Shown here piece after piece: positions 53,337 through 64,000 of a stretch of DNA of 64,000 bases. The notes beneath the pieces are model-generated. The model had not been told where the DNA came from, did no database searches, and was given only the letters and a program-made list of their open reading frames with translations. Each line of letters begins with the position of its first letter. The first letter of the stretch is position 1. This stretch comes from Gammaproteobacteria bacterium (GTDB taxonomy: Bacteria; Pseudomonadota; Gammaproteobacteria; UBA4575): positions 10,386-74,385 of the forward strand of contig CBDBDH010000002.1 of assembly GCA_965203725.1 (NCBI GenBank), read 5' to 3'. The position numbers and the translations under genes were made by a program.

Positions 53337-53394
53337 TGCTTCGTTGATTGCAGCACATCAGTAAATATGTAACGCTTTTGGGAGTTCAGGGCAT

Positions 53395-54219
53395 ATGACA
53401 ATGGCAGCGCCACAAATATCACAAGACGTGCTACTCAATCGGGCAAGTCTGGATCTGGAAAAGGAGCAGACCTGCTTCGAGTGCAGGAATTTCGGTCTTT
53501 ACTACGGGAACAACCAGGCCTTGCGCGGGATTGATATGGTGATCCCCGAGAGGAGGGTGACTGCATTTATCGGCCCGAGTGGCTGTGGCAAGTCCACCCT
53601 GCTGCGTTGCATGAATCGGATGAACGACCTGATCGACACGGTCCGGCTGGAAGGAGAGATGCTGTTGCACGGGAAGAATATCAACAGCAAATCGATCAAT
53701 GTGACAGAACTTCGTCGACAGGTGGGTATGGTGTTTCAGAAACCCAACCCGTTCCCCAAGACGGTGTACGAAAACGTGGCTTACGGATTAAGGTTGCAGG
53801 GCGTGAACAAGAAACGGGTTTTGGACGAGCGTGTCGAGTGGGCACTGAAAGGTGCGGCACTGTGGGATGAAGTCAAGGATCGGCTGCAGGACAACGCCTT
53901 GGGGCTGTCGGGAGGACAGCAGCAGCGGCTGGTGATTGCGCGTGCCATTGCGATCGAACCTCAGGTGATTTTACTGGATGAGCCGGCATCTGCACTGGAC
54001 CCCATTTCGACGCTGAAGATCGAAGAGCTGATAATTCAGTTGAAGCAAGACTATACCGTGGTCATCGTCACCCACAACATGCAGCAGGCTGCTCGAGTTT
54101 CGGACTACACGGCCTTTTTGTACCTGGGAGAACTGATCGAGTTCGGCGCCACCGATCAGCTGTTCACCAATCCTGCCCAGAAGCAGACGGAAGACTACAT
54201 CACAGGTCGTTACGGTTAA
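53395..54219 (+). CDS. pstB: Phosphate ABC transporter ATPase
   Basis: [55 protein letters not shown]. Confidence 0.98.
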   Translation: MTMAAPQISQDVLLNRASLDLEKEQTCFECRNFGLYYGNNQALRGIDMVIPERRVTAFIGPSGCGKSTLLRCMNRMNDLIDTVRLEGEMLLHGKNINSKSINVTELRRQVGMVFQKPNPFPKTVYENVAYGLRLQGVNKKRVLDERVEWALKGAALWDEVKDRLQDNALGLSGGQQQRLVIARAIAIEPQVILLDEPASALDPISTLKIEELIIQLKQDYTVVIVTHNMQQAARVSDYTAFLYLGELIEFGATDQLFTNPAQKQTEDYITGRYG

Positions 54220-54248
54220 TGCTCTGGCAACATCATTCGAGGTAGCAC

Positions 54249-54974
54249 ATGGTTTATCAGGACATCGGTCAACACATCTCCCATCAATACGATGAGGACC
54301 TGGAATCCCTGCGCAGCAAAGTGCTGAACATGGGCGGATTGGTAGAAAAGCAGGTCCAGAACGCATTACTTGCCCTGACCCGCGCAGACAGCAGCCTGGC
54401 GGAGGACGTGGCTACCAGCGACTATCGAATCAATTCGATGGAAGTTGCGATCGACGAAGAGTGCACACAAGTGATTGCCAGGCGCCAGCCCGCAGCCAGC
54501 GATCTTCGCCTTTTGGTCACGATCTACAAGACCATTACCGACCTGGAAAGAATCGGTGACGAAGCGGAAAAGATCGGGCGCCATGCCGTGAAGCTGGCGG
54601 CCATCGAGCGTACCCCGACCTACTTTTCGGAAATCAAGCACCTTGGCGAGCAGGTTTGCAAGATGCTGCATGAGTGTCTGGACGCTCTGGCTCGCATGGA
54701 TATTGATAACGCATTCGTTATCGCAAAGGGCGATCGGGCCATCAATGATGAATATGATGCGCTCACCCGCCAGTTGATCACTTACATGATGGAAGACCCC
54801 CGCAGCATCAAACGTTCTCTTCGGGTGATGTGGTGCGCACGCTCGCTGGAGCGGATCGGGGATCATGCAAAAAATATTTGTGAGTACGTGATATACACCG
54901 TAGCCGGTCAGGACATCCGCCACACCAGCTTTGATCAGGTCAAGGCAGAACTCAGCGACTCAGACAACAAATAG
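54249..54974 (+). CDS. phoU: Phosphate signalling protein PhoU
   Basis: HISHQYD, QPAASDLR, DLERIGD, RSLERIGDHAKNICE. Confidence 0.97.
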   Translation: MVYQDIGQHISHQYDEDLESLRSKVLNMGGLVEKQVQNALLALTRADSSLAEDVATSDYRINSMEVAIDEECTQVIARRQPAASDLRLLVTIYKTITDLERIGDEAEKIGRHAVKLAAIERTPTYFSEIKHLGEQVCKMLHECLDALARMDIDNAFVIAKGDRAINDEYDALTRQLITYMMEDPRSIKRSLRVMWCARSLERIGDHAKNICEYVIYTVAGQDIRHTSFDQVKAELSDSDNK

Positions 54975-55212
54975 TTGTCCCTGCCTGGCCCGAAATTTCC
55001 TCCACACCGGGCGACAAGGCTTTTCCCTCCCTTTGTTCTTGCTTGGGATACTGTCTTATTGATAACCTGCGGGCACATCCTGGAGCCACGACACGGTCAC
55101 TGGCAATAGAATGCTGTCGCCATGGCTTGTTGCATTCGGGACCGAACCCCGTGAAAGCGCAGTTGTGCTGTGGACTAGGGAACAATCTTTTATACACAAG
55201 AGTGAGGTAGAG

Positions 55213-55389
55213 ATGCGTAAATTGATTCTGGTTTTGTTTATATCTGCACTACTTGCCGCATGCAGCAGTGAGGAAGCCGAAAATTCTGCAAGCACCGCCG
55301 ATGAAGCCACTGCAGAGGCACCCATGGCAGAGGAGCATGCCGAGACGGACGCACCTGCAGGAGCGGGTCAAGAACAAGGAGGGTACTAG
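55213..55389 (+). CDS. Small acidic lipoprotein (hypothetical)
   Basis: 58 aa; GAGG RBS; MRK + hydrophobic stretch + lipobox LAAC, then an Ala/Glu-rich tail. Confidence 0.65.
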   Translation: MRKLILVLFISALLAACSSEEAENSASTADEATAEAPMAEEHAETDAPAGAGQEQGGY

Positions 55390-55515
55390 GTCAGGCGAAC
55401 CCTCATGTCAAGTCAGCGGGCCGCCACGGCAGGATGTTGAGTACAGGGGTATTCCCCGGCTGACTCTTTCCCGGGCTCAGTGTCTGTCTGGGTGCATCTT
55501 GTGCGTACGGCCTGA

Positions 55516-56178
<663 letters not shown>

Positions 56179-56251
56179 CACAGCGCTGGTAGCAGCAGGA
56201 TGAATTCGCTAGAATGATACGTTCCCCAATATGTTTTTGTAGGAGAATGTC

Positions 56252-56746
56252 ATGGCCCGGGTGACCGTCGAGGATTGTCTGGAACACGTGGAGAACCGCT
56301 TTGAACTGGTGTTGCTGGCCAGCAAGCGCACGCGGCAGCTCGTGCAGGGCGCCGAGGCGCTTGTCGAGTGGGAAAACGACAAGCCGACCGTAGTGGCATT
56401 GCGTGAGATTGCGGAAAATCTGATCAACGAGGAGAAGATGGAAGCCGCGCTCGCAGTTCCTGCAGAGGGAGAGGGGACTGAATTTGGTGAAGACGAACTG
56501 GCCGCGCTGTACACGGAGATCAGCCGCGAACTCAACCAGACCCGCCCGGACGGCGATCCTCTGGACAAGCCGGACGCCCTGTACTCGGCAGAGGAGTCGG
56601 AGGACCGGTTGCTGAGCGAACGTCTGCAGCGCCTGGTTGAAGAGGACGAGGCCACCGCGGGTGCCGAGTCGCAAGAACCGGCTCAGGATGACGCGGCTTC
56701 CGCCCCGGCGACGGATGCATCCGCTGAGGGAGAACAGGAGGCATAG
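56252..56746 (+). CDS. rpoZ: RNA polymerase omega subunit with extended acidic C-terminus
   Basis: [33 protein letters not shown]; between gmk and spoT; 164 aa. Confidence 0.96.
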   Translation: MARVTVEDCLEHVENRFELVLLASKRTRQLVQGAEALVEWENDKPTVVALREIAENLINEEKMEAALAVPAEGEGTEFGEDELAALYTEISRELNQTRPDGDPLDKPDALYSAEESEDRLLSERLQRLVEEDEATAGAESQEPAQDDAASAPATDASAEGEQEA

Positions 56747-56776
56747 GCGGTTTCCTGACCCGCTTATTCTGCGGCA

Positions 56777-58948
56777 ATGGCTAGTGTTGTAGAACCCGCT
56801 AGCAAACATCTAGCTGCACACCACCCTTCACGCTTTCTGATCAGCGACCTTTGCGCGTTGCTGGAAACGTATCTGGATGCACAGCATGTCAAGAGCGTGT
56901 ACCACGCCTACCTGTTCAGTGCGACCGCACATGAAGGACAGACACGCCTCACCGGCGAACCCTATATTTACCACCCGCTTGCCGTAGCCCGCGTGCTGGC
57001 CGGCATGCACATGGATGCACAGACGATTGTGGCGGCCGTGCTGCATGATGTGATCGAAGACACGGAAACGGCCAAGGGGCAGATTACCCAGGAGTTCGGC
57101 AAGGACGTGGCTGAACTGGTCGACGGGGTCAGCAAGCTCACCCATCTGGAATTCGGATCCAAGCAGGAGGCGCAGGCCGAGAACTTCCGCAAGATGATGC
57201 TTGCATTTGCAAAGGACGTGCGCGTCATCATCATCAAGCTGGCAGACCGGTTGCACAACATGCGAACCCTGAGTGGAGTGGCGTTGGAAAAACGCAGACG
57301 GGTCGCGCGCGAGACGCTGGACATCTATGCACCCATTGCACTGCGACTGGGAATGCATGAGTTATGCATGGAGCTTGAAGAGCTCTCGTTCAAGACTCTA
57401 TGGCCGCGGCGGCATGAAGTGCTGCAGGATTCCGTAAAGCGTACCAACGTCAATCGCAAAAGGCTCCTGCAGGAGGCGGAGAAGAATCTCTGCGAAAGGC
57501 TGGACGATGCCGGCATCGTCAGCCGCATCCATGGCCGCGAGAAGAATATTTACAGCATCTACAGAAAGATGAAGGAAAAGCACCTTCAGTTCTCCGAGGT
57601 GTTCGATGTTTTCGGGTTCCGCATCGTCGTTGCCGATGTCGATACCTGTTACCGGGTGCTCGGCGTCATCCACAACCTGTACAAACCGGTGCCGGGCAAG
57701 TTCAAGGATTACATTGCCATCCCCAAAAAAAATGCCTACCAGTCACTGCACACCGTGCTGTTCGGGCCCAAGGGCATACCGGTGGAGGTCCAGATCCGCT
57801 CTGAAGAAATGGATCAGGTCGCCCAGTCCGGTATCGCGGCCCACTGGATGTACAAGGGGGGCGAGGGTGATCATGCAGGACCCCACACGCGGACACAGGA
57901 ATGGCTCAAGACGGTTTCAGAAATACAGCACAGTTCAGGCAGTTCCCTCGAATTTCTGGAAAGCATGAAAATCGATCTTTTTTATGACGAGATTTACGTA
58001 TTTACCCCGAGGGGCGACATCCTCGAGCTGCCGATCAATGCGACGGCTGTGGACTTTGCCTACGCGGTGCATTCGGATATTGGCAATCATTGCGTCGGGG
58101 CCCGGATCAACCGCCGGCTGGAGCCGCTCAGCACGATTCTCGAAAACGGGCAGACCATCGACATCATCACGGCCCCTGAAGGTCATCCGAGCCCGGATTG
58201 GCTGAACTTCATCGTGACCGCCAAGGCACGTTCCAACATTCGCAGCTATCTGAAGAACCTGCAGACCGAAGAGGCCGGTCAACTGGGCAGGCGGCTTCTG
58301 GATCAGGCCTTGATCGCCTATGAGAAAACCTGGGAGGACGTGAGCAAGCGGGATCTGGCCCGTCTGCTCAAGGAACTGCAGCTGGAATCCGAGCAGCAGT
58401 TGTTCGTGGAAGTGGGATTGGGCGACCGGATGGCACCTTTTGTCGTCAAGCACCTGGTGTCACTGCGGGGATTGTGGATGAAATTGCGATCCCGAGGCGA
58501 CAGAAAGAATCCCCTGGCAATCCGTGGCACGGAAGGCATGGTGGTGAGCTACGGAAAATGCTGCCACCCCATACCCGGGGATTCCGTGGTTGGCGTGATG
58601 AATGCCGGCAAGGGCCTGGTGGTGCACCATGCCAAGTGCCGCAACATCGTCAGGCACAGGAAAAAAAGCCGCGACAAGTGGATTCAAGTATATTGGGACA
58701 GCAACCCGGGCAGTGAATTTACTGCGGAAATCAGTATCAAGACCGCCAATGAACGGGGTGTGCTGGCCGTGGTCGCAGCAAAAATATCCGAGGAAAGCTC
58801 GAACATAGAAAATATCATCCTGGATGAAAAATTCGGCACCACGACCACCATTACGATTTTGCTCACGGTCAAAGACCGTGATCACCTGGCGAACATCATC
58901 CGGGCCGTGCGGAAAACCCCGAAGGTCTACAAGGTAAAACGCATTTGA
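56777..58948 (+). CDS. spoT: Bifunctional (p)ppGpp synthetase/hydrolase SpoT
   Basis: HD motif [62 protein letters not shown] domain. Confidence 0.96.
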   Translation: MASVVEPASKHLAAHHPSRFLISDLCALLETYLDAQHVKSVYHAYLFSATAHEGQTRLTGEPYIYHPLAVARVLAGMHMDAQTIVAAVLHDVIEDTETAKGQITQEFGKDVAELVDGVSKLTHLEFGSKQEAQAENFRKMMLAFAKDVRVIIIKLADRLHNMRTLSGVALEKRRRVARETLDIYAPIALRLGMHELCMELEELSFKTLWPRRHEVLQDSVKRTNVNRKRLLQEAEKNLCERLDDAGIVSRIHGREKNIYSIYRKMKEKHLQFSEVFDVFGFRIVVADVDTCYRVLGVIHNLYKPVPGKFKDYIAIPKKNAYQSLHTVLFGPKGIPVEVQIRSEEMDQVAQSGIAAHWMYKGGEGDHAGPHTRTQEWLKTVSEIQHSSGSSLEFLESMKIDLFYDEIYVFTPRGDILELPINATAVDFAYAVHSDIGNHCVGARINRRLEPLSTILENGQTIDIITAPEGHPSPDWLNFIVTAKARSNIRSYLKNLQTEEAGQLGRRLLDQALIAYEKTWEDVSKRDLARLLKELQLESEQQLFVEVGLGDRMAPFVVKHLVSLRGLWMKLRSRGDRKNPLAIRGTEGMVVSYGKCCHPIPGDSVVGVMNAGKGLVVHHAKCRNIVRHRKKSRDKWIQVYWDSNPGSEFTAEISIKTANERGVLAVVAAKISEESSNIENIILDEKFGTTTTITILLTVKDRDHLANIIRAVRKTPKVYKVKRI

Positions 58949-58964
58949 TCAAGGAGATTTCAAA

Positions 58965-59348
58965 ATGGAACGCGAGATCATCAACACCGCACGTGCGCCA
59001 CAAGCCATAGGAACCTATTCACAGGCCGTCAAGGTCGGCAGCACGGTATACCTGTCGGGCCAGATTCCTCTGGATCCGGCTTCCATGCAGCTGGCAGGCC
59101 AAGACATGAGGGCGCAGATTTCCCGGGTCTTCGACAATCTTCAGGCGGTTGCAGAGGCGGCGGGAGGAACGCTGGGTGACGTGGTCAAGCTGAATATTTT
59201 TCTCACGGATCTTGCCCATTTCCCCCTGGTCAATGAAATCATGTCCGAATACTTTTCGAAACCTTACCCGGCACGCGCGGCGATCGGTGTGGCTGCCCTG
59301 CCCAAGGACGCGGGTGTGGAGATGGATGCCGTGATGCAGCTTGACTGA
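58965..59348 (+). CDS. ridA: RidA/YjgF family enamine deaminase
   Basis: [39 protein letters not shown]. Confidence 0.92.
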   Translation: MEREIINTARAPQAIGTYSQAVKVGSTVYLSGQIPLDPASMQLAGQDMRAQISRVFDNLQAVAEAAGGTLGDVVKLNIFLTDLAHFPLVNEIMSEYFSKPYPARAAIGVAALPKDAGVEMDAVMQLD

Positions 59349-59391
59349 GACACGGTTGCCGTAACTGCTGCTTGTACAGGCCCACTGCCAA

Positions 59392-61497
59392 ATGAACCGG
59401 GATGCGGGTTCCACGGATCGGGACACATTCCCCCCGGTTACCATCCTCAAGGGCATCGGCCCGAAAATCACGGGGCATCTGCAGCGCCTGCATATCCATA
59501 CCGTGCAGGATCTTCTTTTCCATTTGCCGATCCGCTACCAGGACCGCACCCAGATACGCCAGATCGGGACCTTGCAGCCGGGGGATGAGTGTGTGCTGCT
59601 GGGAACGGTAGATCACAGTGAGATGGTGTACCGGAAAAGGCGAATGTTGCTGGTCAGTGTCAGCGATGGAACGGGCAGGATCCTGTTGCGGTTTTTTTAT
59701 TTCAACAAGAAGCAGCAGGAAAATCTGGCACCGGGTGTCAGCATTCGCTGTTTCGGTGAGGTCAGGCGGGGTGTCTCGAGCCTGGAAATGGTACATCCCG
59801 AATACGAAATCCAGCACACGCGAGATACGGCCAAGGTTGAAGATCACCTGACCCCGATTTACCCGACTACCGAAGGCCTGCATCAAATCGCCTTGCGCAG
59901 CATGACCTCGAAGGCGTTACGCTGGGTTGAAGGGGACGAAGTCCCGGATCTTGACCTGTTGCCTGAAACCCCTGAAATCGACGGTTGCCGGCCCTCCGTG
60001 ATCGAGGCGCTGAAATTCGTCCACCGCCCTCCACCCGAGGCCGACACGCAGGCATTGGCGGCCGGCACCCATGTGATGCAGCGCCGCCTGGCTTTCGAGG
60101 AGTTGCTTGCCCAGCGATTGAGCCTGTTCAAATTGCGGCTGCAGATACAAAAGCAGCCTGCCGTATCCATCGCACCGCCAGGCCGCCTGTACGCACGGCT
60201 GGTTGAAACGCTGGAATTTACCCTCACCGCTGCGCAACAGCGTGTGATCGCCACGGTGTTTGCCGATCTGAAAAAAAGCTACCCGATGCTGCGCCTGGTG
60301 CAAGGCGATGTGGGCAGCGGCAAGACGCTTGTGGCCATTGCGGCCTGCCTGCAGGTGATCGAGGCCGGTTATCAGGCCGTCGTGATGGCACCCACTGAAA
60401 TCCTGGCCGAGCAGCACCTGCAGAACTTCTCAAGCTGGCTGGCCCCCCTGGGCGTGCAACTGGCCTGGCTGTCGGGCCGGATGACCTCCAGCAAAAGCAA
60501 TGAAATGAAGGCGCGGATCTCAAGCGGCAGCGCGCAGGCGATCGTGGGCACCCACGCGCTGTTTCAGCAAGGCGTTAGCTTTCAGAATCTGGCCCTGGTG
60601 GTCGTGGACGAACAGCACCGTTTCGGTGTACACCAGCGCCTGGCCTTGCGTGAAAAGGGTGTGCAGGGGGTTGGCAGCCCGCACCAGCTGATCATGACCG
60701 CGACGCCGATTCCGAGGACTCTCGCCATGACCGCCTACGCGGATCTCGACTATTCCGTCATTGACGAGTTGCCGCCGGGCCGCAGGCCGGTCAGCACCAT
60801 TGCCGTCCCGCACGAGAGGCGCCATGAAGTGGTCGAGCGTGTTGCCAGCGCCTGCCGGCGCGGCCAGCAGGCCTACTGGGTATGCACGCTGGTCGAGGAG
60901 TCGGAAGCGATGCAGTGTCAGGCGGCGGAGAACGTGTATCAGGAGCTGAGTGCCCTGCTGGACGGGGTCACCGTGGGGCTGGTGCATGGACGCATGAAGA
61001 GCCAGGAGAAAAATGCGGTGATGCGGGATTTTGCATCCGGCCGGATTGACCTGCTGGTGGCGACCACGGTGATCGAAGTCGGGGTGGATGTCGCAAATGC
61101 CAGCCTGATGATTATCGAGAATGCCGAGCGCCTGGGTCTCGCCCAGCTGCATCAGTTGCGTGGCCGGGTGGGGCGGGGAGTCCAGGAAAGCAGTTGTGTG
61201 CTGCTGTACAGCGCCCCGCTGACCGAGAATGCCAAGCTGCGAATCGACACCATGCGCGCCACCGGCAACGGCTTCAAGATTGCCCAGGTCGATCTTGAAA
61301 TCCGGGGTCCCGGAGAGGTGCTGGGTACCCGCCAGACGGGCATGATGCAGTTACGGATCGCGGATATCCTGCGTGACCAGGACCTGATTCCGCAAGTGCA
61401 CGAAAGTGCAAAATGGCTGTTTGCCGAACATCCTCGCACGGTAGATGCCCTGATCCACCGGTGGCTTGGAAAATCGATCGAGTTTGGGCAGGTATGA
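59392..61497 (+). CDS. recG: ATP-dependent DNA helicase RecG
   Basis: LKGIGPK, LVQGDVGSGKT, DEQHRFGV, MTATPIPRT, QLHQLRGRVGRG, DLEIRGPGE. Confidence 0.98.
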   Translation: MNRDAGSTDRDTFPPVTILKGIGPKITGHLQRLHIHTVQDLLFHLPIRYQDRTQIRQIGTLQPGDECVLLGTVDHSEMVYRKRRMLLVSVSDGTGRILLRFFYFNKKQQENLAPGVSIRCFGEVRRGVSSLEMVHPEYEIQHTRDTAKVEDHLTPIYPTTEGLHQIALRSMTSKALRWVEGDEVPDLDLLPETPEIDGCRPSVIEALKFVHRPPPEADTQALAAGTHVMQRRLAFEELLAQRLSLFKLRLQIQKQPAVSIAPPGRLYARLVETLEFTLTAAQQRVIATVFADLKKSYPMLRLVQGDVGSGKTLVAIAACLQVIEAGYQAVVMAPTEILAEQHLQNFSSWLAPLGVQLAWLSGRMTSSKSNEMKARISSGSAQAIVGTHALFQQGVSFQNLALVVVDEQHRFGVHQRLALREKGVQGVGSPHQLIMTATPIPRTLAMTAYADLDYSVIDELPPGRRPVSTIAVPHERRHEVVERVASACRRGQQAYWVCTLVEESEAMQCQAAENVYQELSALLDGVTVGLVHGRMKSQEKNAVMRDFASGRIDLLVATTVIEVGVDVANASLMIIENAERLGLAQLHQLRGRVGRGVQESSCVLLYSAPLTENAKLRIDTMRATGNGFKIAQVDLEIRGPGEVLGTRQTGMMQLRIADILRDQDLIPQVHESAKWLFAEHPRTVDALIHRWLGKSIEFGQV

Positions 61498-61518
61498 CGC
61501 CGGGCGCAAGAGTGAGAC

Positions 61519-61812
61519 TTAAATCCCGAAGGTACCGATCAGGATCGTGGTGAGGTAAATGCCGACCAGGCCCAGCAAGGCAAGAAAGGACAGGCTCTGC
61601 AGCCAGCCGATTTTGCCGGAGAACAAGGCCCCGGCACTGAAGATCAGGCCGAGGCCTGCAATGGCGAAGGATACCCAGAAAACCGTGTTCACACAGGCAG
61701 TTTGACAGGAACGTCCATCGAAGGGACCGGACAATAACTGCACCACCAGGAAAACAGCCAGCAGCCAGCTTGCGACTGCGCTGAAATAGGAGATCCACGA
61801 ATTTTCTGCCAT
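61519..61812 (-). CDS. Hypothetical three-TM membrane protein
   Basis: 97 aa from ATG 61812; three hydrophobic segments; fills the gap between recG and the Rieske gene. Confidence 0.55.
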   Translation of the reverse strand: MAENSWISYFSAVASWLLAVFLVVQLLSGPFDGRSCQTACVNTVFWVSFAIAGLGLIFSAGALFSGKIGWLQSLSFLALLGLVGIYLTTILIGTFGI

Positions 61813-61896
61813 CTCTGCCCCCCGAATTTTCTCGGTTTCAGCCCCGGGCCTGTGCACGTCAGGCTCCGTCAGGGGATTATGCCATATTGCAGGCTC

Positions 61897-62238
61897 TTAA
61901 AGCTGCGCGTGGATGATCCGGTTGCGGACCGTGCACGGCAGGGCACGCAGATACTCGTTTTTGCAGGGGCCGTAGATGCACAGGCCATCCTGTATCTGAA
62001 AGAGGGCGCCATGGTTGGCGCACATGATATAATCCGCGCCCTCGTCGAGAAAACGGTCAGGCGTCCAGTCCAAAGGCCCCTGCGTATGCGGGCATGAGTT
62101 TTGGTAGGCATAAACCTGTCTGTCCTTCTTGACGACAAATACCCGAGTCAGCGTATCGTGAGTTTCAACAATCAGGCCTTTGCTGCCTGGATCCGGTATT
62201 TCGTCGTAGTGACATAATTTTGTTTCTGCCAAGCTCAT
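61897..62238 (-). CDS. Rieske [2Fe-2S] ferredoxin-like protein
   Basis: 113 aa; NSCPH..CANHGALF..DGLCIYGPC (CxH / CxxH). Confidence 0.88.
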   Translation of the reverse strand: MSLAETKLCHYDEIPDPGSKGLIVETHDTLTRVFVVKKDRQVYAYQNSCPHTQGPLDWTPDRFLDEGADYIMCANHGALFQIQDGLCIYGPCKNEYLRALPCTVRNRIIHAQL

Positions 62239-62292
62239 GACATCTGGAATGTTACCCGGGTCGATGAACATTTGAAACTTGACTGGACAACC

Positions 62293-62730
62293 ATGCAAAA
62301 TCCGAATTGCTTTCAGACCTCCGAACAGGCCGAGCAGGCATTTTACCGATCCTTCCAGGAAGGGGATATCGAACTGATGATGTTCGTATGGGGCCAGGGT
62401 TCGGACATCGTCTGCATACACCCTGGCGGTTCTCGCTTGCAGGGCGTATCCAACATCCGCAAGAGCTGGGAACAGATGTTTTCCTATGAGCAGGGCATCG
62501 AGCTAAGGATTAACAGGACGGGCGTGATTCTGGCGGAGGATGTGGCGGTGCACCATGTTGTGGAAGACATCTACGTCGATGGCGAACTGCAGTCCGAGAT
62601 CTTTGCCACCAACATCTACAAGAAGACGAACGGCAGCTGGCACATGGTTCTGCACCACGCTTCCGCGGAACTGCAACCCGTACTGGATCTGATGGACGAA
62701 GACGCAGAAGAGGCCCAGACCATCCACTGA
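62293..62730 (+). CDS. NTF2/SnoaL-like domain protein
   Basis: 145 aa; AEQAFYRSF..GDIE, CIHPGG..L.G...IRKSW, ATNIY..W.MVLHHAS. Confidence 0.82.
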   Translation: MQNPNCFQTSEQAEQAFYRSFQEGDIELMMFVWGQGSDIVCIHPGGSRLQGVSNIRKSWEQMFSYEQGIELRINRTGVILAEDVAVHHVVEDIYVDGELQSEIFATNIYKKTNGSWHMVLHHASAELQPVLDLMDEDAEEAQTIH

Positions 62731-62748
62731 GCCTGCAATCCCGGGTCC

Positions 62749-64000
62749 TCAGTAGACATAATAAAAGATCAGGTAGACGCCAAGCAGGAAGGCGACCCAC
62801 AGCACCATGCTGCCGGTGGGCCAGGTTTTGGCCAGCAGTCCCTGGGGTCCGTGATGACGATGCAGGCGTGTACCCGCGCTGAATGAAAGCCGCTTGATCC
62901 AGACCCCCATCTTCTGTTCGCCGGCTACGATCGACCGCAGCGCGTATTCCGCCAGCCAGCGTCCCGGCTTGCGATAAAACCAGTCTGCATCCAGGTTCAC
63001 GGAGCGCAATTCCGGAGGGTAGAGACCCTGTCGCACGAGCCAGGTGAAGGCGAGCGCCGAGAAGAACAATAACTGGAGCTGGGTGATCACGTGCGTCATC
63101 GTGTACGGCTGGTAGCCGGTCTCATAGGGCAACAGCGCATACAGGGTGTGCGGGAAGATCCCGATGCACATGGAAAGTACAGCAGCAACGGCCATGGCGA
63201 ACAGCATGCTGGCGGGTGCTTCCTTGCAGCGTATGCCGCTGTCGTGGGCGAAAAAAGCAAAGTAGGGGATCTTGATGCCTGCATGGTGAAACACACCGGC
63301 AGATGCGAACAGCAACACCAGCCACACCAGGGTGTAGCCCTCGAGGGCGGCTGCCTCCATGATCATCGATTTCGTGACAAAGGCACTGAACAGGGGGAAA
63401 GCTGAGATCGATGCAGCACCAATCACGCAAAAGCCCGCGGTAACCGGCATCGACTTGTACAGTCCGCCCAGGTCCGAACCGTTGATGCGACCGGTGCGCA
63501 GCAGCACGGCGCCCATGCTCATGAACAGCAGCGCCTTGAACAGGATATCTGCAAAGGCATGGGCCGCGGTGCCGTTGAGTGCCAGTTCCGTTCCGATTCC
63601 AACCCCGACCACCATGAATCCCAGCTGGTTGATCATGCTGTAGGTCAGCACCCGGCGAAGATCATTTTCGATCACCGCGTAGAAGATCGGAAAGGCGGTC
63701 ATCAGCAATCCGATCCAGATCAGGATTTCGGTTCCCGCAAAAGCGGTTGCAAGCGCATATATTGCCATCTTGGTCGTGAAGGCGGAGAGCACCACAGCTC
63801 CGGTCACGGTCGCTTGCGGGTAGGCGTCCACCAGCCAGTTATGCAGCAAGGGGAAGGCGCACTTGATCCCGAAGGCAAGAAAAATCAGCGCTCCTCCGGG
63901 TGTTCCGGGATCCAGCTGGGTAAATTCAATGGACCCGCTGCTGCGCGCATGCAGGATGATGCCGGCCAACAGCAGGAGTCCGGAGATGACCTGTACGATC
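62749..64000 (-). CDS. mrpD: Multisubunit Na+/H+ antiporter subunit D (MrpD/MnhD-like), 5' end outside the window
   Basis: GIKCAFPLLHNWLVDAYP, LSAFTTK, ENDLRRVLTYS, FKALLFM, FHHAGIKIPYFAFF; the frame stays open to the window edge. Confidence 0.85.
   Translation of the reverse strand, partial: IVQVISGLLLLAGIILHARSSGSIEFTQLDPGTPGGALIFLAFGIKCAFPLLHNWLVDAYPQATVTGAVVLSAFTTKMAIYALATAFAGTEILIWIGLLMTAFPIFYAVIENDLRRVLTYSMINQLGFMVVGVGIGTELALNGTAAHAFADILFKALLFMSMGAVLLRTGRINGSDLGGLYKSMPVTAGFCVIGAASISAFPLFSAFVTKSMIMEAAALEGYTLVWLVLLFASAGVFHHAGIKIPYFAFFAHDSGIRCKEAPASMLFAMAVAAVLSMCIGIFPHTLYALLPYETGYQPYTMTHVITQLQLLFFSALAFTWLVRQGLYPPELRSVNLDADWFYRKPGRWLAEYALRSIVAGEQKMGVWIKRLSFSAGTRLHRHHGPQGLLAKTWPTGSMVLWVAFLLGVYLIFYYVY

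Overview
GC-rich chromosomal segment of a gammaproteobacterium, densely coding and mostly housekeeping. The gene content suggests a Chromatiales-like, possibly sulfur-oxidising lineage (inference). In order: truncated SulP transporter, FIST protein-tas, glyQS-gmhB, glnA-ntrBC with a clear sigma54 promoter and NtrC sites, orphan znuA with a Zur-like box, ArsR(BigR/SqrR-like)-rhodanese-grxC-secB-gpsA-pyrD(class 1), envC-ctpA-yajL, murJ-ribF-ileS-lspA, rpsT, rplU-rpmA-obgE-proB, ispB, tRNA-Pro(CGG), a SoxW-like thioredoxin-TolC-adaptor trio without an inner-membrane pump, pntAB, a ~17 kb phosphate island (ppx, ppk1, dgkA, DUF3859-like protein, choice-of-anchor-I propeller protein, OprO/P porin, phoBR, pstSCAB-phoU with Pho boxes), gmk-rpoZ-spoT-ridA-recG, small Rieske, NTF2-like and membrane genes, and a truncated MrpD. 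I saw no transposase, integrase, prophage, CRISPR array or rRNA. Best leads: the pump-less thioredoxin/TolC/adaptor module, a candidate Pho-regulated beta-propeller phosphatase, an NtrC with GVFTGA instead of GAFTGA, a persulfide-sensor-type ArsR operon, and an omega subunit with a long acidic tail. All family assignments come from motif recognition, not database searches.
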